64,000 nt of DNA. Origin: Lama guanicoe. Its lineage: Eukaryota. Where the stretch lies: contig MU053588.1 in NCBI GenBank assembly GCA_013239625.1, positions 25,988-89,987 on the forward strand, read 5' to 3'. The notes under the pieces are model-generated. The model ran no database searches and was not told where the DNA came from. It worked only from the letters and a program-made list of their open reading frames with translations. The position numbers and the translations under genes are program-made. Positions 39,150 to 53,311 of this stretch are shown piece by piece; positions within the stretch are counted from its first letter, which is position 1; every line of letters starts with the position of its first letter.

Positions 39150-40040
39150 CAAGTTATGTTCAAATCTGTTGCCCAGTTTTAAAATTGGGCTGCTGGGTTT
39201 TGAGAGTTTCTTATATGTTCTGTGCACCAGTCCTTTATCAGATATATGCTTGGCAGAGATTTTCTACCATTCTTGGCTTTGTCTTTTCACTCTCTCAGCA
39301 ATCTTACTTTGAAGAGCAGACGTTTTTAAATTTTGACAGAGTACAGTTTATCAGTCTGCTCTTTTAGGAATCATGTTTTTGCTGTTGTATCAAAAAGATC
39401 GTTGCTTAATCCAGTGTCACAAAATTTTCCTCTTGTGTTTTCTTCTAGAAGTGTATATTTTAAAAATTTTAAAATTTACATTTAAGTGTACGATATATTT
39501 TAAGTTAAGTTTTGTATGTGATGCAAGGGATGGAACCAAGTTCCTTTTTAGAAAAAAAGAAATACATGGTTTTCTGGTTGTTCCAGCACCATCTGTTGAG
39601 TATCCTTTTCTCCACAGCATTGCTTTCACACCTTTTAAAATATTAGTTGTCCATATATAGTTGGATTTACTTCTCGACTCTCAATTCTGTTCCATTGATC
39701 TATTTATGTGATCTGAAGAACCACACGGTTTTGATTACTGTAGTTTGAAATGAATTATTTAGAAAGGTTAGCGTTAGCCCTCCAACTTTGTTTGGCTTTT
39801 TCAAGATTGTTTTGGCTATTGCAGGTCTTCTGCATTTCCTTCTGAATTTTAGAATCACCTTGTCAGTATCTACAAAAAATCTTGCTGGGACTGAATTTCA
39901 CTGAGGTTGCATTGAATCTGTAGATCAATTTGGAGAGAATGAACATCTTAATATCAAGTCTTCTGATCTATGAACAAAGTATATATCTCCATTTATTGAG
40001 GTCTTTTAACTCTCTCCTGAGTATTTTGTCAGGCTTAGTG
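39150..40040 (-). mobile_element. L1M ORF2 3' fragment, degenerate
   Basis: ttgttccagcaccat...ctattctgttccattgatct...gcattgaatctgtagatcaatttggagagaa. Confidence 0.75.
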
Positions 40041-40534
40041 TATTTTAAATGAAGTAAATAATTCACATGACCGTAGGTGGGGTTTTAGTCTGACAAGCTT
40101 TCGCATGTACTGTTCTGAGTCTTTATGGCTGTAACAGTGATGATCAATGTCATAACAGTGATGATCAATGTCTTAACAGCAACAGTGAGCACAGATCCTG
40201 ATTTTCCTAGGATAGTCAGATTTCATTCTTACCATCCCAAAATAATTGCTTAAAAGAATATCTTTCACTCCCAAAAGCATCCTAGTTTGGAAGCTAAATT
40301 ATATGATACCCATAATTACAGCTAAAGCTTAGTGAGGTCTTTTTATCTGCTAAGCATTTTTCTAAGTGATTTATTATGTTAATCTACACAACAAACTTGG
40401 AGATGGTGTGAGAGGAGAAAATAAGTTGTATTTTTTAAAGTAGAAATCTTAATTCCTTTGATTTTACTTTTTTAATTTTAACTTTCTTTTTATTAGCCTA
40501 ATATTTGTTTCAGTCCAAGCAGATGGACAGCTTG

Positions 40535-41290
40535 CTCAGTGAAATGCAAATCAAAACCAGGCAATATCACTTCATACCCATTAGGATGGCTACAATTAAA
40601 AAAAAACTTCTAAAAAATAACAAGAGTTGGTGGAGATGGGTAGAAATTGGAGCCCTGTGCATTGATGGTAGGAGTATAATAAGGCACAGTTTGTTCATTC
40701 GTCAATAAATCAATCATTGAATTATCACATGATCCAGCAATTCCGCTTCTAGGTATATACCCAAAATAATTGAAAACAGGCGTTCCAAAATAAACGTGTG
40801 TAAGAATATTCATAGCACTATTCACAACAGTGTAACAACACATTAAATGTGTAACAACCCAAAAACGGCCACCTAAATAGATATACCAAATATACTATAT
40901 CCATACAATGGACTATTATTTGGCAGTAAAAAGGAATGAAAGTACTGATACATGATACAACATGGCTAAACCTAGAAAACATCACAGTGAAAGAAGCCAT
41001 ACACTCTATGATTTCCTTTATATGAAAATTCCAGAATAGATGAATCCATAGAGACAGAAAGCAGATTAGTGGGTTCCAGAGGCTAGGGGAGGGGGCAGTA
41101 GGGGAGATGGGAAGTGATTGCTTAAGGAGTATAGTGTTTCATTTTGGGGCGATGAAAATTTTGTGAAACTAGATAGTGATAATGATTGCACTGCATTGTG
41201 ACTGTATTAAATGCCACTAAATAGTATGCATTAAAATGGTTAAAATGGCGAATTTTGTTTATGTGTATTTTACCACCATTAAAAAAAAAA
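40535..41290 (+). mobile_element. L1MB-type 3' end with poly-A
   Basis: gaaatgcaaatcaaaacc...ccagcaattccgcttctaggtatatacccaa...atggttaaaatggcgaatttt...aaaaaaaaaa. Confidence 0.8.
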
Positions 41291-42844
41291 GTCACCTTAT
41301 CACCAGCCCTTTGGATCCCTTATCAGTGATTCCTCAGACTCATTACAATCCCTTCAGTACCCCGAAGCCCACCTACCAGAGAATCTCCCACCCACCCCCA
41401 AATTACAAGACCCCACATACCTGACCCATTGGGACACCCATATCAATCGTAGACTTTCCCTGGACTTCTGAATCAATGATAACCAGACATCTGCTTCTTG
41501 TCACTCCTCAGACCCCTTTATTACTATGTCCCTCAGACCCACCCTCTTCCTCCCAATTCCTAAACCTCAGATTCCTGCCACCCGACTCCTGTTTTCAGTC
41601 CCTCGCACCCAAACTCTGAGCCTCATCCCTCTGCGAGCCCACTTGTTGCCATGGTTTCTTTAAACCGACCTTCTATTTGGGCAGGCCTGGTGCTCCCGCC
41701 TATGACGCTGCTGCCACCCACAGTTACACATGTAGGGCTGTGTGGTGCCAACTACTGAGGAAGAACCTCTAAAGCACGGGACGCTGAGGCGGTGGGTCTC
41801 TAGTGGTGACGCAGGTAGCTTCGCCCATTGAGCTGTTTTTTCCCTGGAGGCAGCCATTCTCGAAAATGTTTCCTACAATTCCTCAGTCTTTGTGGGACCA
41901 GAGTTTTGGGCTGTCCTTGTTGCAATAGAAAATTGACACTGACTTGTTCCCATCCTTTTCGTGGGGACCCTAGCTCTGGCACTGCCACTTCTGCAGCAAA
42001 GCAGCCGCCAGCTTCTCCTGATAATCGACGTGGTATTGGTCATGAGGAAGATGGTGGCGCCCTGCAACCGGTTTCTCTAAGCGCTGACATTTTGGAGGAG
42101 GTGTCAAGCAGCTAGTCCGCTTCTGGTGGGGAAACCAGAGAGGCCGTAGCAAGGGGCTATCTTCCGGTAAGTGCAAAAGGCACTTGGGCTCTGGCTTGCT
42201 GGGGTGGGTAAAGAGGCCCTGGGTGGACAAAGATTTGGGAAGGGGCAGGGCGGGGGGAAAGAAGCTCCAGTGGCAATTCCTATCTGACCCATAGGCACTA
42301 TGTGAAATAATGTTTATTGTTGGCTTAGGTAGGTAAATTTGGGGGTAATTTGTTATTTAGCAATAGATAATACAGTGTCTTGCTGGTCGCCAACATTCCA
42401 GGCACACTCCCTATTTTAGAGTCTTTGCATTTGCTGTTTCCTCTGCCTGGAAGTCTTTTGTGGACATAAGCATTATTAGGTCCCTGACTTTCTTCCGGTC
42501 CTTGTGCATAGCTTCCTTTTGAAGCCTTTCTGGCTTTCTATATCTAAAATTTTACTCCCCTTCTACTATTTTATGTACTCTTTCCCTGTTCATTTCTTGC
42601 TCATTGACAATGATCAGTTTCCCTTTCTGTCTGCTGTTGTACTCCAGTGCAAAGAGCAGTGTGTGGTTCATGGTAAGCACTTGTTATGCACTTGTGGCTC
42701 AATGGATATATTACTTCTAATTAGTGTTCAAGAACTCCCAGTGAGCACATCTAGAACCTGTGGCTCACTCAGATCTCTGTCGCAGCACATCACCTTCCTG
42801 AATTCTTCCTACTTTTCAATTCTATTTTCCTGGCAAAGTGGGTA

Positions 42845-43405
42845 GTCTCTAAGATGGCCCCCAATGATTTATACCTCCTAGAAGTCTGGAAAGGGGATTC
42901 CTCTTGTATAATTTCCTCTTCTTGAATGTAGCTGGGACCTGTGACTTGCTTCTAACCAATAGAATACAGCAAAGGTGACAGGATGTCACTTGCACGATAT
43001 TACATGAGTGTTACTTCTGTATTGGAAGCAGACTCTTTCCCTGATGTGAAGTTAGCTGTTACATTGTGAGCTGTACTTTGGAGAGGCCCATGTGGCAAGG
43101 AACTGAACGTAGCCTCTGGCCCATAGCCAGCATGAAATGGAGACCCTAAAATCCAAAATTTCACAAGGAACTGAGTTCTGCCAACAACCATGTGATCTTG
43201 GAAGCAGATCCTTCCCTAGTTGAGGATCAGAAAGCACTGTTCTGACCAACACCTTGACTGTGGCCTTGTGAGACCCTGAACCAGAGGACCCAGCTAAACT
43301 GTGTCTGGACTCCTGACTCACAGAAACTGTGAGAGAACAAATGTATGTTGGTTTAAGCTACTCAATTTGTGATAATTTGTTAGGTAGCACTAGATAACTA
43401 ACATA
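42845..43405 (+). mobile_element. MaLR LTR (MLT1-type)
   Basis: ctaagatggcccccaatga...aggaactgagttctgccaacaacca...gactcctgactcacagaaactgtgaga...tagataactaac. Confidence 0.75.
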
Positions 43406-44159
43406 CTTAGGTTACCAAAGCTAAAGATGAGTGTTAGCAAATGTCATAATTGTTTCTCATTAATATCTGTCCTGTGAGGAGGTTACTTTGTTCAGAGCTA
43501 ATGATTAGGGATGTGATTCATATCAGAGGTCCACCCTTGTCTGACCATCAGAATTACTGAGGATGCTTAAACCCTCTGCCAGAGCTAATCATACAGAATC
43601 TATGGGGCTAATATGTATTGAAGGAAAAAAAAACCTCTCTGCAAAGTATCTTGCCAGAGATATTTAACTACAAAGGCAGAAATCTCAGCTTTAGAGTGGG
43701 GAGATCTGACACTGCGCACCTTAACCAAATGATCGAGGTTAACATCACCAATAAGATTTATCACATGTGCCCTCTGATATGATGCACTGAAGCTGAATCA
43801 CTTCTGTAATATTAATGCATAACCCACTGAATCAAATCCAGACTGAGGGATATTCTACAAAATAACTGGCCAGTATTGTTCAAAAGTGGGTAAGTCATGA
43901 AAGACAAGAAAAGACTTAGGAACTGTCATAGACTGGAGGATACTCAAGAGAAATAACAGGTAAATGCAATGTGGGAGCTGGACTGGATCTTGGACTTGAT
44001 GAAGAGGATCAGTGGGAAGGGCTATAGTTTAACTACTAGTGTATCAATGCTAATTTCCCCGTTTTGATAATTATACTATGGTTATATAAGATATTAATAT
44101 TAGGGGAAGCTTTTGGAAGAGTATTTGGGAACTGTTTTGCAACTTTTTTTTTTTGTATC

Positions 44160-44379
44160 TAAAGAAAAATACAAATTTTATTTACAAACCAGAACTAGAC
44201 TCATGGACACAGAAAACAAACTACAGTTACCAAAGGGGAAAAGGGGGAGGGGAGGGATAAAATAGGAGTTTGGGATTAATAGATACACACCACCACATAC
44301 AAAACAGACAAACAACAAGGACCCACTGTATAGCAAAGGGAACCATATTCAATATCTTGTAATAAGCTATAATGGAAAA
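44160..44379 (+). mobile_element. Short L1 3'-UTR insertion within older L1M sequence
   Basis: tttacaaaccagaactagactc...ctgtatagcaaagggaaccatattcaatatcttgtaataa; flanking tgcaacttt repeat. Confidence 0.6.
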
Positions 44380-45240
44380 TGCAACTTTCTCATAAATCAA
44401 AAATTATTTCAAAATAAAACCAGAACATCTCTCTACTTGAGGGGTTCTAAGTATTTCCTTTTGCTCTTTAGATCTACACATATTCTTTTACTCTGGTGAT
44501 ATTCCAAGTACCGAGCTAAGGGAAAGGCAATAGATCAGGCCAGCGTGCCATCTTGTCAGAAAATAAAAACATTTGCAAGGTTTCATGTATTTCAAAATGC
44601 TTTCCCCACTCCTTATTTTGTTTTTCAAATTACAAAAGTAATATGTTTGCAACAAGTAAAACAATACAAATATGTATAAAATAAACAACTACTTATATAT
44701 TTCCCTTTCTTACCAGCATAACCAGTGTTAACAAATTTTTTATTTCCTTCCACAATTTTCTTTGTTCATATAAACATACACATGCATATATACACATACA
44801 GGTTTTAATTTAAAAAAATAGATTCATATACATTATTTGATTTGTTTTTCACTTAACAACATACCAGAAATATCTCCACAAATTAGTAGAGTTCTAGCTT
44901 CCCTGTCAAATTTCTTAATCACACACTTGACATATCATACTTGGTTCAGTTACTTACGTATTTTTTCTTCTGGGTTTTCATTTTCCTTCTCTGACTCCCC
45001 AGTTACCCACCTGCATCACCCATCTCCCCCCAGCCCAATGCATACTCTTCTATACTTTTCTCCATGCATGTAAAATCTTACACCAACATGTATGATACAT
45101 GTTCACTCAAACACCTACAGTCATTTTATAACTGATTTACAAAAAGTCATATTTTACACACTTCCACTTTTATTTTTTCACTCAAGAAAACATTGCGGAA
45201 TTCCATTCAAGTCCATTAGCGTAGTTTTAACTTGTCTACC

Positions 45241-45390
45241 TTTTTTTCTTTTTTGGGGGGGAAGGTAATTAGGTGTGTTTGTTTGTTTGTTTATTTATAT
45301 ATTTATTTATTTTTCTGTGTAAGTACTGGGGATTGAACCCAGGACCTCGTGCATGCTCGCACTCGACCACTGAGCTATGCCCTCCCCACC
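45241..45390 (-). mobile_element. tRNA-derived SINE (Vic-1-like) with TSD tttaacttgtc(t/c)acc
   Basis: B box and TSD seen directly. Confidence 0.85.
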
Positions 45391-48300
45391 TTTAACTTGT
45401 CCACCTTAATGGCTATGTAAACATCCTATGGAATTGATACTAAAGTTCCTTCCCTCTTCCAATTTCCCTACCAATGTGCATTTATTTTGACTCTAGTGTT
45501 TTGGTTTTTTTTGCCACTAGGGATAATTTCACAATAAATGGATATGTCTTTCATGTACCGGGGTTTTACTTCTAAGAGAAGATTCCCCAAAGTGGTGTAA
45601 GTATTTTAAGTTATAATAGATATTGCCAGACTAATTCTCAAAAGCACTGTAACAATTCACAGTTTCTATGAGCAGTGTCTAAGAATATCCTTTGTTCTGA
45701 CAACAAAAAGCATTCCTGCTCTTTTTTGTCAGCCTAATTGCATACTGTTCTCATTACAATTTTAATGTGCATCCCTCAACAACTACTGAAGTTAAACATT
45801 TTTTGATAGAGCCATCAGCCACTTGAATTTGCTCTTCTCTCAACTGTCTATTCACATTCTTTGCCATGTTTTGCTATTATCTTTTTCCTGTCAATTTCAA
45901 GAAGACTTTTTCTCTGATTGGCTCTGCAAATATTTTCCCTAAATCATTGTTTATGTATTGGCTGCTGATGGCATCTTTTGCCATGCAAATGAGAAATACA
46001 GTCAATTACTTTTTTTAACAGCTTTTCCATTGCCTGTGTTGATAAAGTTAATCCCCAATTCCTAGATTGTGTACATGTAGTCTCCTTTCATTTTCTTTCA
46101 AGAATTTTATTGTTATTGAAAAATTTAAACCCTGAGTCCACCTGGAATTTTTTTTTTCATATGATCTGTGCTGTTGGTTCAACTTTACTTTCTGCCTGGT
46201 TAAAAAAGCCAGTTTTGCCAGAAGCCTTTTTAAATTAACAATTTCTTTCATCTATGGTTTGAAATTGCACTTTTTCCATACATGAAAAAGCTCATATACA
46301 CTGAGTTCTATTCAGTATTTTCTGTTTTGTTCCTCTGATGCATTTATCTGCTCTTTTGCCAATACTATATTAATTTGATTAGAATGACTTCATGTTATAG
46401 TCTGACATTTGGTATGAAATTTTCTTTTTCATATTTTTCTTATCTAGATACTTAGGCATTTATTTTTCCATATGGAGTTTAAAGTCATTTCGCATAAATT
46501 AAAAAACAATCATTGAGATTTCATGTAATTCCAAAAGAACTGCATACAAATTATTAGATGTTTACAGAGAAAAATTCTTGATTTCTATGCCTTCTTAGAA
46601 AATTACCTTTTTAACTCAAAAAAAATCATTATTCTCTTCATTTATTGGTATACAGTCACATCATCAGCAAAAAGTTTTACCTTTTCTTTCCCTTTGTTTA
46701 TACCAATTATTAAACTTTCTTTTTTTTAAATCAACTTCACTGGAAACTCCAAGATAATATTTATTAAAAATAGATGACAGTGGGCATCTATTAAACTGTT
46801 AAATTCTTGATTTTTATAAAATGGCTTCAGCACAATATATGCTGTGGGGTTTTGGTAAAGAAACTCTAAGCGATTATCATCTATTATAATTTAATTTATA
46901 TTTTATTACATTAGAAATGTTTACAAATTCTATTAAATGCTTTGTCAGTGTCTACTGATAGCATCTCTTTTAAGCTGTTAATTTTACTGATATATTTTCT
47001 ATTACTGCATTGGCTCTGCATTCTTGAAATAACTCGGTCATCATAAATATATATCATTCTTTAGGTATATTGCTAAATTCTATTTTCTGTTATTTTAATT
47101 ATAACTTTTGTTTCTACATTCATGAGTTAAGTCTGGTCTGGAATTTTGTTTTTTTCCAACTACTTTTATTTGGGCTTGTTGTTAAACTTATTCTGACATC
47201 ATAAAATAAATTGGGGGGTCATAGTCTATGGGGTAAAATATTTTAAGTAACACTGGTATTACCCTCTTTAAAAGTTAAATAGAACAAATCATGAAATCAT
47301 CTAGGCCTAGAGCATTTTCAATCATAAATCTTTAATTACTTTTCCAAATTCTCCAATGGTAATTGTTTCAAGTTTTCCACTACTTATTGCAATTTTCATA
47401 GCTTATGTTTTGCTGAAAAAGCATCTATTTCTTGTTTTAAAAATATGTTGATCTAGAGTTACATGAAATACCTTTTACCATTCTTTCAGTCACATCTTTA
47501 TCTGTGATTATGTTTTCTTGTTCATTCTGGATCAGGCATTCTTATAGGGAGGCAAGTCTTGAACAATGTAGCCATTTGTTTTCTTATATAGATTACATAC
47601 ATACCTCATTCAGGGAAGTGGGCTTTGAATTGGAATGATGTAAAAACTTGGGATTTAGTGTCCAGGACATTCAAAGAGAAATTGATAGGGAAGAAAAGTG
47701 GATGTGGCCAACTTAAATTGCAGGAAAAAAAAAAACAAAGGACTTCTCCTTCATTGATCTGTGCATGAAACATTACTGAATTATAAGACTCATAAAAAGT
47801 GTCTCTCCTACTAATTTGCGGCAGGCATTTTAAGCAAGACTAAGAAAACAGGAGTAGTGCACAATATACTAGGGCTATGCTCCTTTTTTGTTGTTAAATA
47901 ATGAGTGTGCTGAGTCATCAAGTTGACAGCATTTTGTTCCCTGTCAGGTTGTGAAACTATTCCTTAGCTTTGCCTTTTCAAGATGAATAAAGGCAAAACA
48001 AATAACTTATTTGAATTATTTATTATTTTAGTTAATAATATATTTATATATTAAAATAATAAAGACAAAGTAAGTGCCTTTTTAACATTAAAAACATTTA
48101 ATCAAGTTTTTGGCTAACTTAACAAAAGCCATTAAAAACATTACTTTATTATTCAGAAAAGGGCCAAACAACAAACCTCTACTTTTCTTCATATATATTT
48201 TGTATTTTATCATTCCATTAATATATTTTTAAACTTTAATAAGCCAGAGTGACCAGGTTTATGTATTATAAAGTATTTTCTGTAATCTTTTATATAAAAT

Positions 48301-48448
48301 TTTCTATCATAATTGGAGAATGACTTGCCTTATGGTAAAACACTTGGTTCAAATTCACCAAATCAGTAAGATTTCTCCTAAGGAAGAATTCCTCCACACA
48401 TAATGAAACAGGATATCTTACTCAAGGCTTTCCGACAATTCTTAGGTT

Positions 48449-49404
48449 TTAATTCCTATAAGCATTCTTCCTAGCATGAATTTTCTGATGTCTGCTGAGG
48501 TTTGGCTTCTGGTAGAAAGCTTTGCCACATTCACTGCATCCATAGGGTTTTTCTCCTGTGTGAGTTCTCCAGTGTTTATTGAGGCATGACTTCTGACTGA
48601 AGGATTTTCCACATTCTCTGCAACGATAGGGCCTTTCTCCTGTGTGTATTTTTCGATGTACATTGAGGTATGACTTCTCGCCAAATGACTTCCCACATTC
48701 ATTGCACACAAAGGGTCTCTCGCCTGTATGTGTTCTCTGATGTTCTCTGCGGTGTGACTTCTGGGTGAAGGCCTTCCCACAAAAAAAACACTCAAAGGGT
48801 CTTATCCCAGTGTGTATTCTCTGGTGTTTAATGAGGGTTGACTTATGTGAGAAGGCTTTCCCACAGTCAGTGCATCCATATGGCTTCTCCCCAGTGTGAC
48901 TTCTCTGATGCCTAATGAATTCAGACTTGTAGCAGAAGGCTTTCCCGCACTCAGTACAGACGTGGGGTTTCTCTGTAGGTGGAACTCTCTTACGTTTGTA
49001 CACAAGAGAACTGGTGACTGCTGGTTTATACATAAGTGCTGGGTTATGGCTGAAAGCTTTCTCACAATGACTGCATTCCCAGAGCTTTTCTCCATTAGGT
49101 TGTCTGTCATGCTTTGTATGTTGTAACAGTTTCCCATATCCATAGCATTCATCTTGCTTTTTTGAATAGTTTCTCTTAAAACCATTCAAGTCTAAATTAT
49201 GGTTCAAACTTTTCCCGCAAGGGTCCCTGTTATTGGGATTTTGAATTGAAGGGAAAAGATCAGTGCTCAGATGTGATACTTTCCCAAACTTACCATGTTC
49301 ATGGTTTCTTTCCTTGGGCAGTGTTTTCTTGCTGATGAATGTACTTTGCCTCAAAAATGCATCTTGCCGTCTTTTCCTCTGGACGTTAACTTGCCAAATG
49401 TTTT
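48449..49404 (-). CDS. ZNF793: ZNF793 last coding exon: spacer, one degenerate and six intact C2H2 fingers
   Basis: Acceptor ctttctctag|. Fingers CTECGKAFCYKSEFIRHQRSH...CSECGKAFYQKPNLSRHQKIHARKNAYRN match recalled ZNF793. The spliced CDS is 1194 nt, 397 aa. Confidence 0.9.
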
Positions 49405-51919
49405 CTAGAGAAAGTACAGCAAATCTTTATGAATCTGTTATTATGATCTGGAATTAAACTGCTAGAGAAATGCCATCAAAATTTAAGGGGTGCACAGTAC
49501 ATGAATAGAGAGCATGAATCATAACTAAAATCACCCATGCAGGGAAGAGCGTCATATGAATAGAGAATAGAGATTCAGGAACTGGCATGGATGCAATGGA
49601 ATGTGTCATAGAGTATAGAGAGAAATAATCTTAAAGAAGAGGGGATATTATAGCAAAAATGTTCTTAAAAGATCAGAGAGTAAGTATGTCAGGTATTAGG
49701 GGCCATATTGCCTTGGTCACAATTACTTAACCTTCACATTGTATGGTGGGAACACAGACAGTAAGAAAATGTAAGGGTGCAGCTGTGTTCCAATAAAACT
49801 TTATTCACAAAACCAGGTGGCTAACCTACAGGCCATAGTTTGCTGGTCTCTGTTATGGAGGAAAGGGGGCTAAAGGTCACATAACACCTTGTTACTGAAC
49901 ATGTGGTTCTCAATGGTCAACTTCAGCCTCATCTGGGAACTTGATGTTGATAGATATGAAGAATCTTGGGCTGTATTCCCAGACCTACAGAGTCAAAATC
50001 TGCATTTTAACAAATTGCCCAGATGCTTCTTATCATATTAAGAGTTTGACGAGCACTGTTACAGCAGTCGGAAAGTTTACCATGTTGAGCTGGTTAGTAA
50101 TAATATAAATGGCAAGGGCTCTAAGATGATCTAGATAAAAGCAGGAATCAACAAAGCTAACTAGAATTTAAAGCAAAAGCTCTTAACTTGGTAGACAGAA
50201 ATCTGGGAGCTATGAATTTGTATAGGGGGAAAAATTACACCTTTATTTTCACTAAGGTCTAACCACAATTGAGCATTTCTTTTGATTATGAATTGAGCAA
50301 CCAAACACAGTAACTTGTACTCTTGTAACTTTGTACTAGTTTGGGAATATGGTATGTTCATGTTACATTATAGTTGTGGAAGATTTCCCAAAATATTTTC
50401 ACAATCATCTCTACCTGAGATCATGACAGTTATTAGACATGATGCCAGATCTCATTTAATGTGTAAAAAAGGAGGTACACCTGCTAGTATCACTAATATC
50501 ATTAATATTTTTAAAATACTTTGATATTGCATTTTCTAACTTTATTTCAATAACTATTGTATTTAAGTAATTTCTTCTATAATCTTATGGATTTTATTTT
50601 ATTTTTATATGTAAAAAAGGGGTCTATTAGGCTTCCCCAGAATGCTTAAAAGTTCCATGGCTAAGAACCCCTGACTTACAGATATTCAAGAATGAGATAA
50701 TCTGGGTTCAATTTTAGGAGACGTCAGTGGAAAATGCAAAGTAGTGAGGAAGATTTAAAGTCATTTCTCAAAGGAAAAACAACAAAACTAGCACATATGC
50801 ATAGAACAATCAGAGACGGTGACAGAGACAGAAGATTCAGAATAAGCACATGGTAGCAAAGCTCTGGAATGAAAAGGTGAGGTATGTGTGTGCGTGCACT
50901 TTGTGTGTGTGTGGTGGAGGGGTGGTAGCAAGGAGTGAGGATGACTTCAGTTTCTGTCCTTCAAAATACAGGGATAAGTGGACACAAGTGTGGAGATGAC
51001 CCACTGGTTGGTAAGATGAGGGGAAGGGGCCCTAGGTGGTACAAGGGGGACAAAAGGAGGCAAAATGGCAAAGAGGCCAAGTTGTGAGCATCGTATGGTC
51101 TCCAAATGGATGACTTCTTTGTGGGACTTACACCACGAAGAGAATCAAGGTTGGAAAACAGAAAATGGAGCCGTCTCTGGGAAGGAAAAGGCTGGGCTGC
51201 AACCAGGGAGAGAGGATACAGAGCACTGAGACAGGAGGACTGACTACATCCCCCCACCCCCAGTTATTATATAAAATTCTTGAAAGAGGGCAAAGAAAAG
51301 CAGCTGACAGCCAGGTTACAATGGTTTCAGGAAAGCTGATGAACATACAGCAAAATACACCTCAGAAGGCACCAGAGTGTGACGGTGAAGAATACTGGTT
51401 CAAGAGCCTGACAACCTGAGTTCAAATCCCCATTCGGTTCCTTACTTTCTTATATTCTTAGACAAGTTTTGTAACCTTTCTGTGATTGTTTCCTCATCTG
51501 TCAATGAGGTAATAAGGCTGGATACCTCCCCTAGGTGTTGGAAGGGTTGAATGAGTTGACAGCCGTAAAGGACGGAGAACAGAGCTGGCACACAGTGAGC
51601 ACGCTGAGTGCTGGCCAGTCCATTGCTGCTACTACTACTAATCAGTGAAAGCTGGATGGTGGTAATCTCAAAGACGTTATTTTGGGGAGAAGCATGAAAA
51701 TGACTTAAATGTTTCTGGGGTTTACATAATATTTAATTCAATGATGTGATTACAACACTAACTATAAGTGGCATAAAGAGATCTGGGAACAGATGGCACT
51801 GACTCTTCTTGCTAAGCCCACAACTCTCGTGGAGAAGTGGAAGTCCAGAGGCAACCTAAAGAGTGGACTACTAACACTCCGGGTACCAGGGTACTGTTGA
51901 GACATTTTATAGGGCTGAT

Positions 51920-52001
51920 GGGAGAGGCGCAGTTATTCTGAATATTCAGTAGAAGTAGTTGGGAGAGGGGCAGTTATTCTGAATATTCAATAGAAGTAGT
52001 T
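51920..52001. repeat. 41-bp tandem duplication (2 copies)
   Basis: gggagagg(c/g)gcagttattctgaatattca(g/a)tagaagtagtt x2. Confidence 0.9.
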
Positions 52002-52507
52002 AAGAAAGGCCAAGCGCAGCCATCTCCTTCCCTACCCAATGATCCCTGGTCACCTCCTGGAATCCACTGCTTCCTTCTCTGTGACTTAAGGAAATTAAGG
52101 GGCTGAGGGATAATATAAGGGATTAAGGAGAGGATGGGGAGTGAGACTGTGGGCATAGCAGGCGGGTCTGAGGCATTTTACCTAGAAACTGTTAGAAAAG
52201 AAAACAGTAAGAGACCAGCAAGAATGGGCTAATCATAGAAACTTATTTGTAAGAATGCCTGACTATGAAAGAGAAGGTGAACCTTTAACTTTAAGAGAGA
52301 CCAAGGATTCTGGACAGAGATGGAGCAAGCACACAGGGAGGTGGGACACATGGAGACTGAAGGGTTACCAAGAAGGCTGAAGCTCTCAAAGAAACGTCTC
52401 CAGCTGCTTTTTTAAAGCTCTAAGGCTTTTAAGAGCTGGACCCTGAACCAAATTCCAATGGTACCAGCCTCCCACAGTACCTCTTTAGCTGGATTTATCA
52501 TACTTAC

Positions 52508-52603
52508 CACGACAGTGGCAGCCTGGGCATGCCGCCTCACAGATCCATGGTGCTTCTTCCTGCTCCAGCCTGAGGATCACATATGGTTTGGTGCCTTCAT
52601 AAC
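52508..52603 (-). CDS. ZNF793: ZNF793 KRAB-B exon (YEGTKPYVILRLEQEEAPWICEAACPGCHCR)
   Basis: 96 nt, ggaacag| ... |gtaagt, phase 1/1. Confidence 0.9.
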
Positions 52604-53086
52604 CTGTTCCAAGGAAATGATCCAGGCCTTAGGCTGAACTCCTTGGTCTTCAGGGCCATTCAGGCAGCATGAAAGGCTGAGCAACAGACAGTATACTTGG
52701 GAGGAGACTGTACACACCTTGTCCAGAACTCAAAAGGAATTAGTCATCCGAGATCACTGCAACTCAAGTCAAGCTCACTGAGGCAGCACATGTAAGGGTT
52801 AAGAAGGCAAAGTGTGCAGCTAGATTGCTGGAGTTCACATCCTGCTCTGGCCTTGCTGCATACTGAATGGGTGACACTGGGCAGTTAATCCACCTCTCTG
52901 CCTCGGTCCCCAAATGTGTAAAACAGTGGTACCAATGGTACTTACCTCATAAGGCTCCTATGATGATTACATGAGTTAATATTTTGGAAGTATCTGGCAC
53001 ATAGGAAGTATTTGATACTTGAGAGGTTCTGGGCACTTCAGTTACCTTTAGCAACTAAAAAGGGAAAGGTGGTCATTCAAGCATCA

Positions 53087-53311
<225 letters not shown>

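Noticed and set aside
48442..49185. Overlapping ORFs in other frames of the zinc-finger exon
   Set aside because: Common shadow ORFs of C2H2 arrays.
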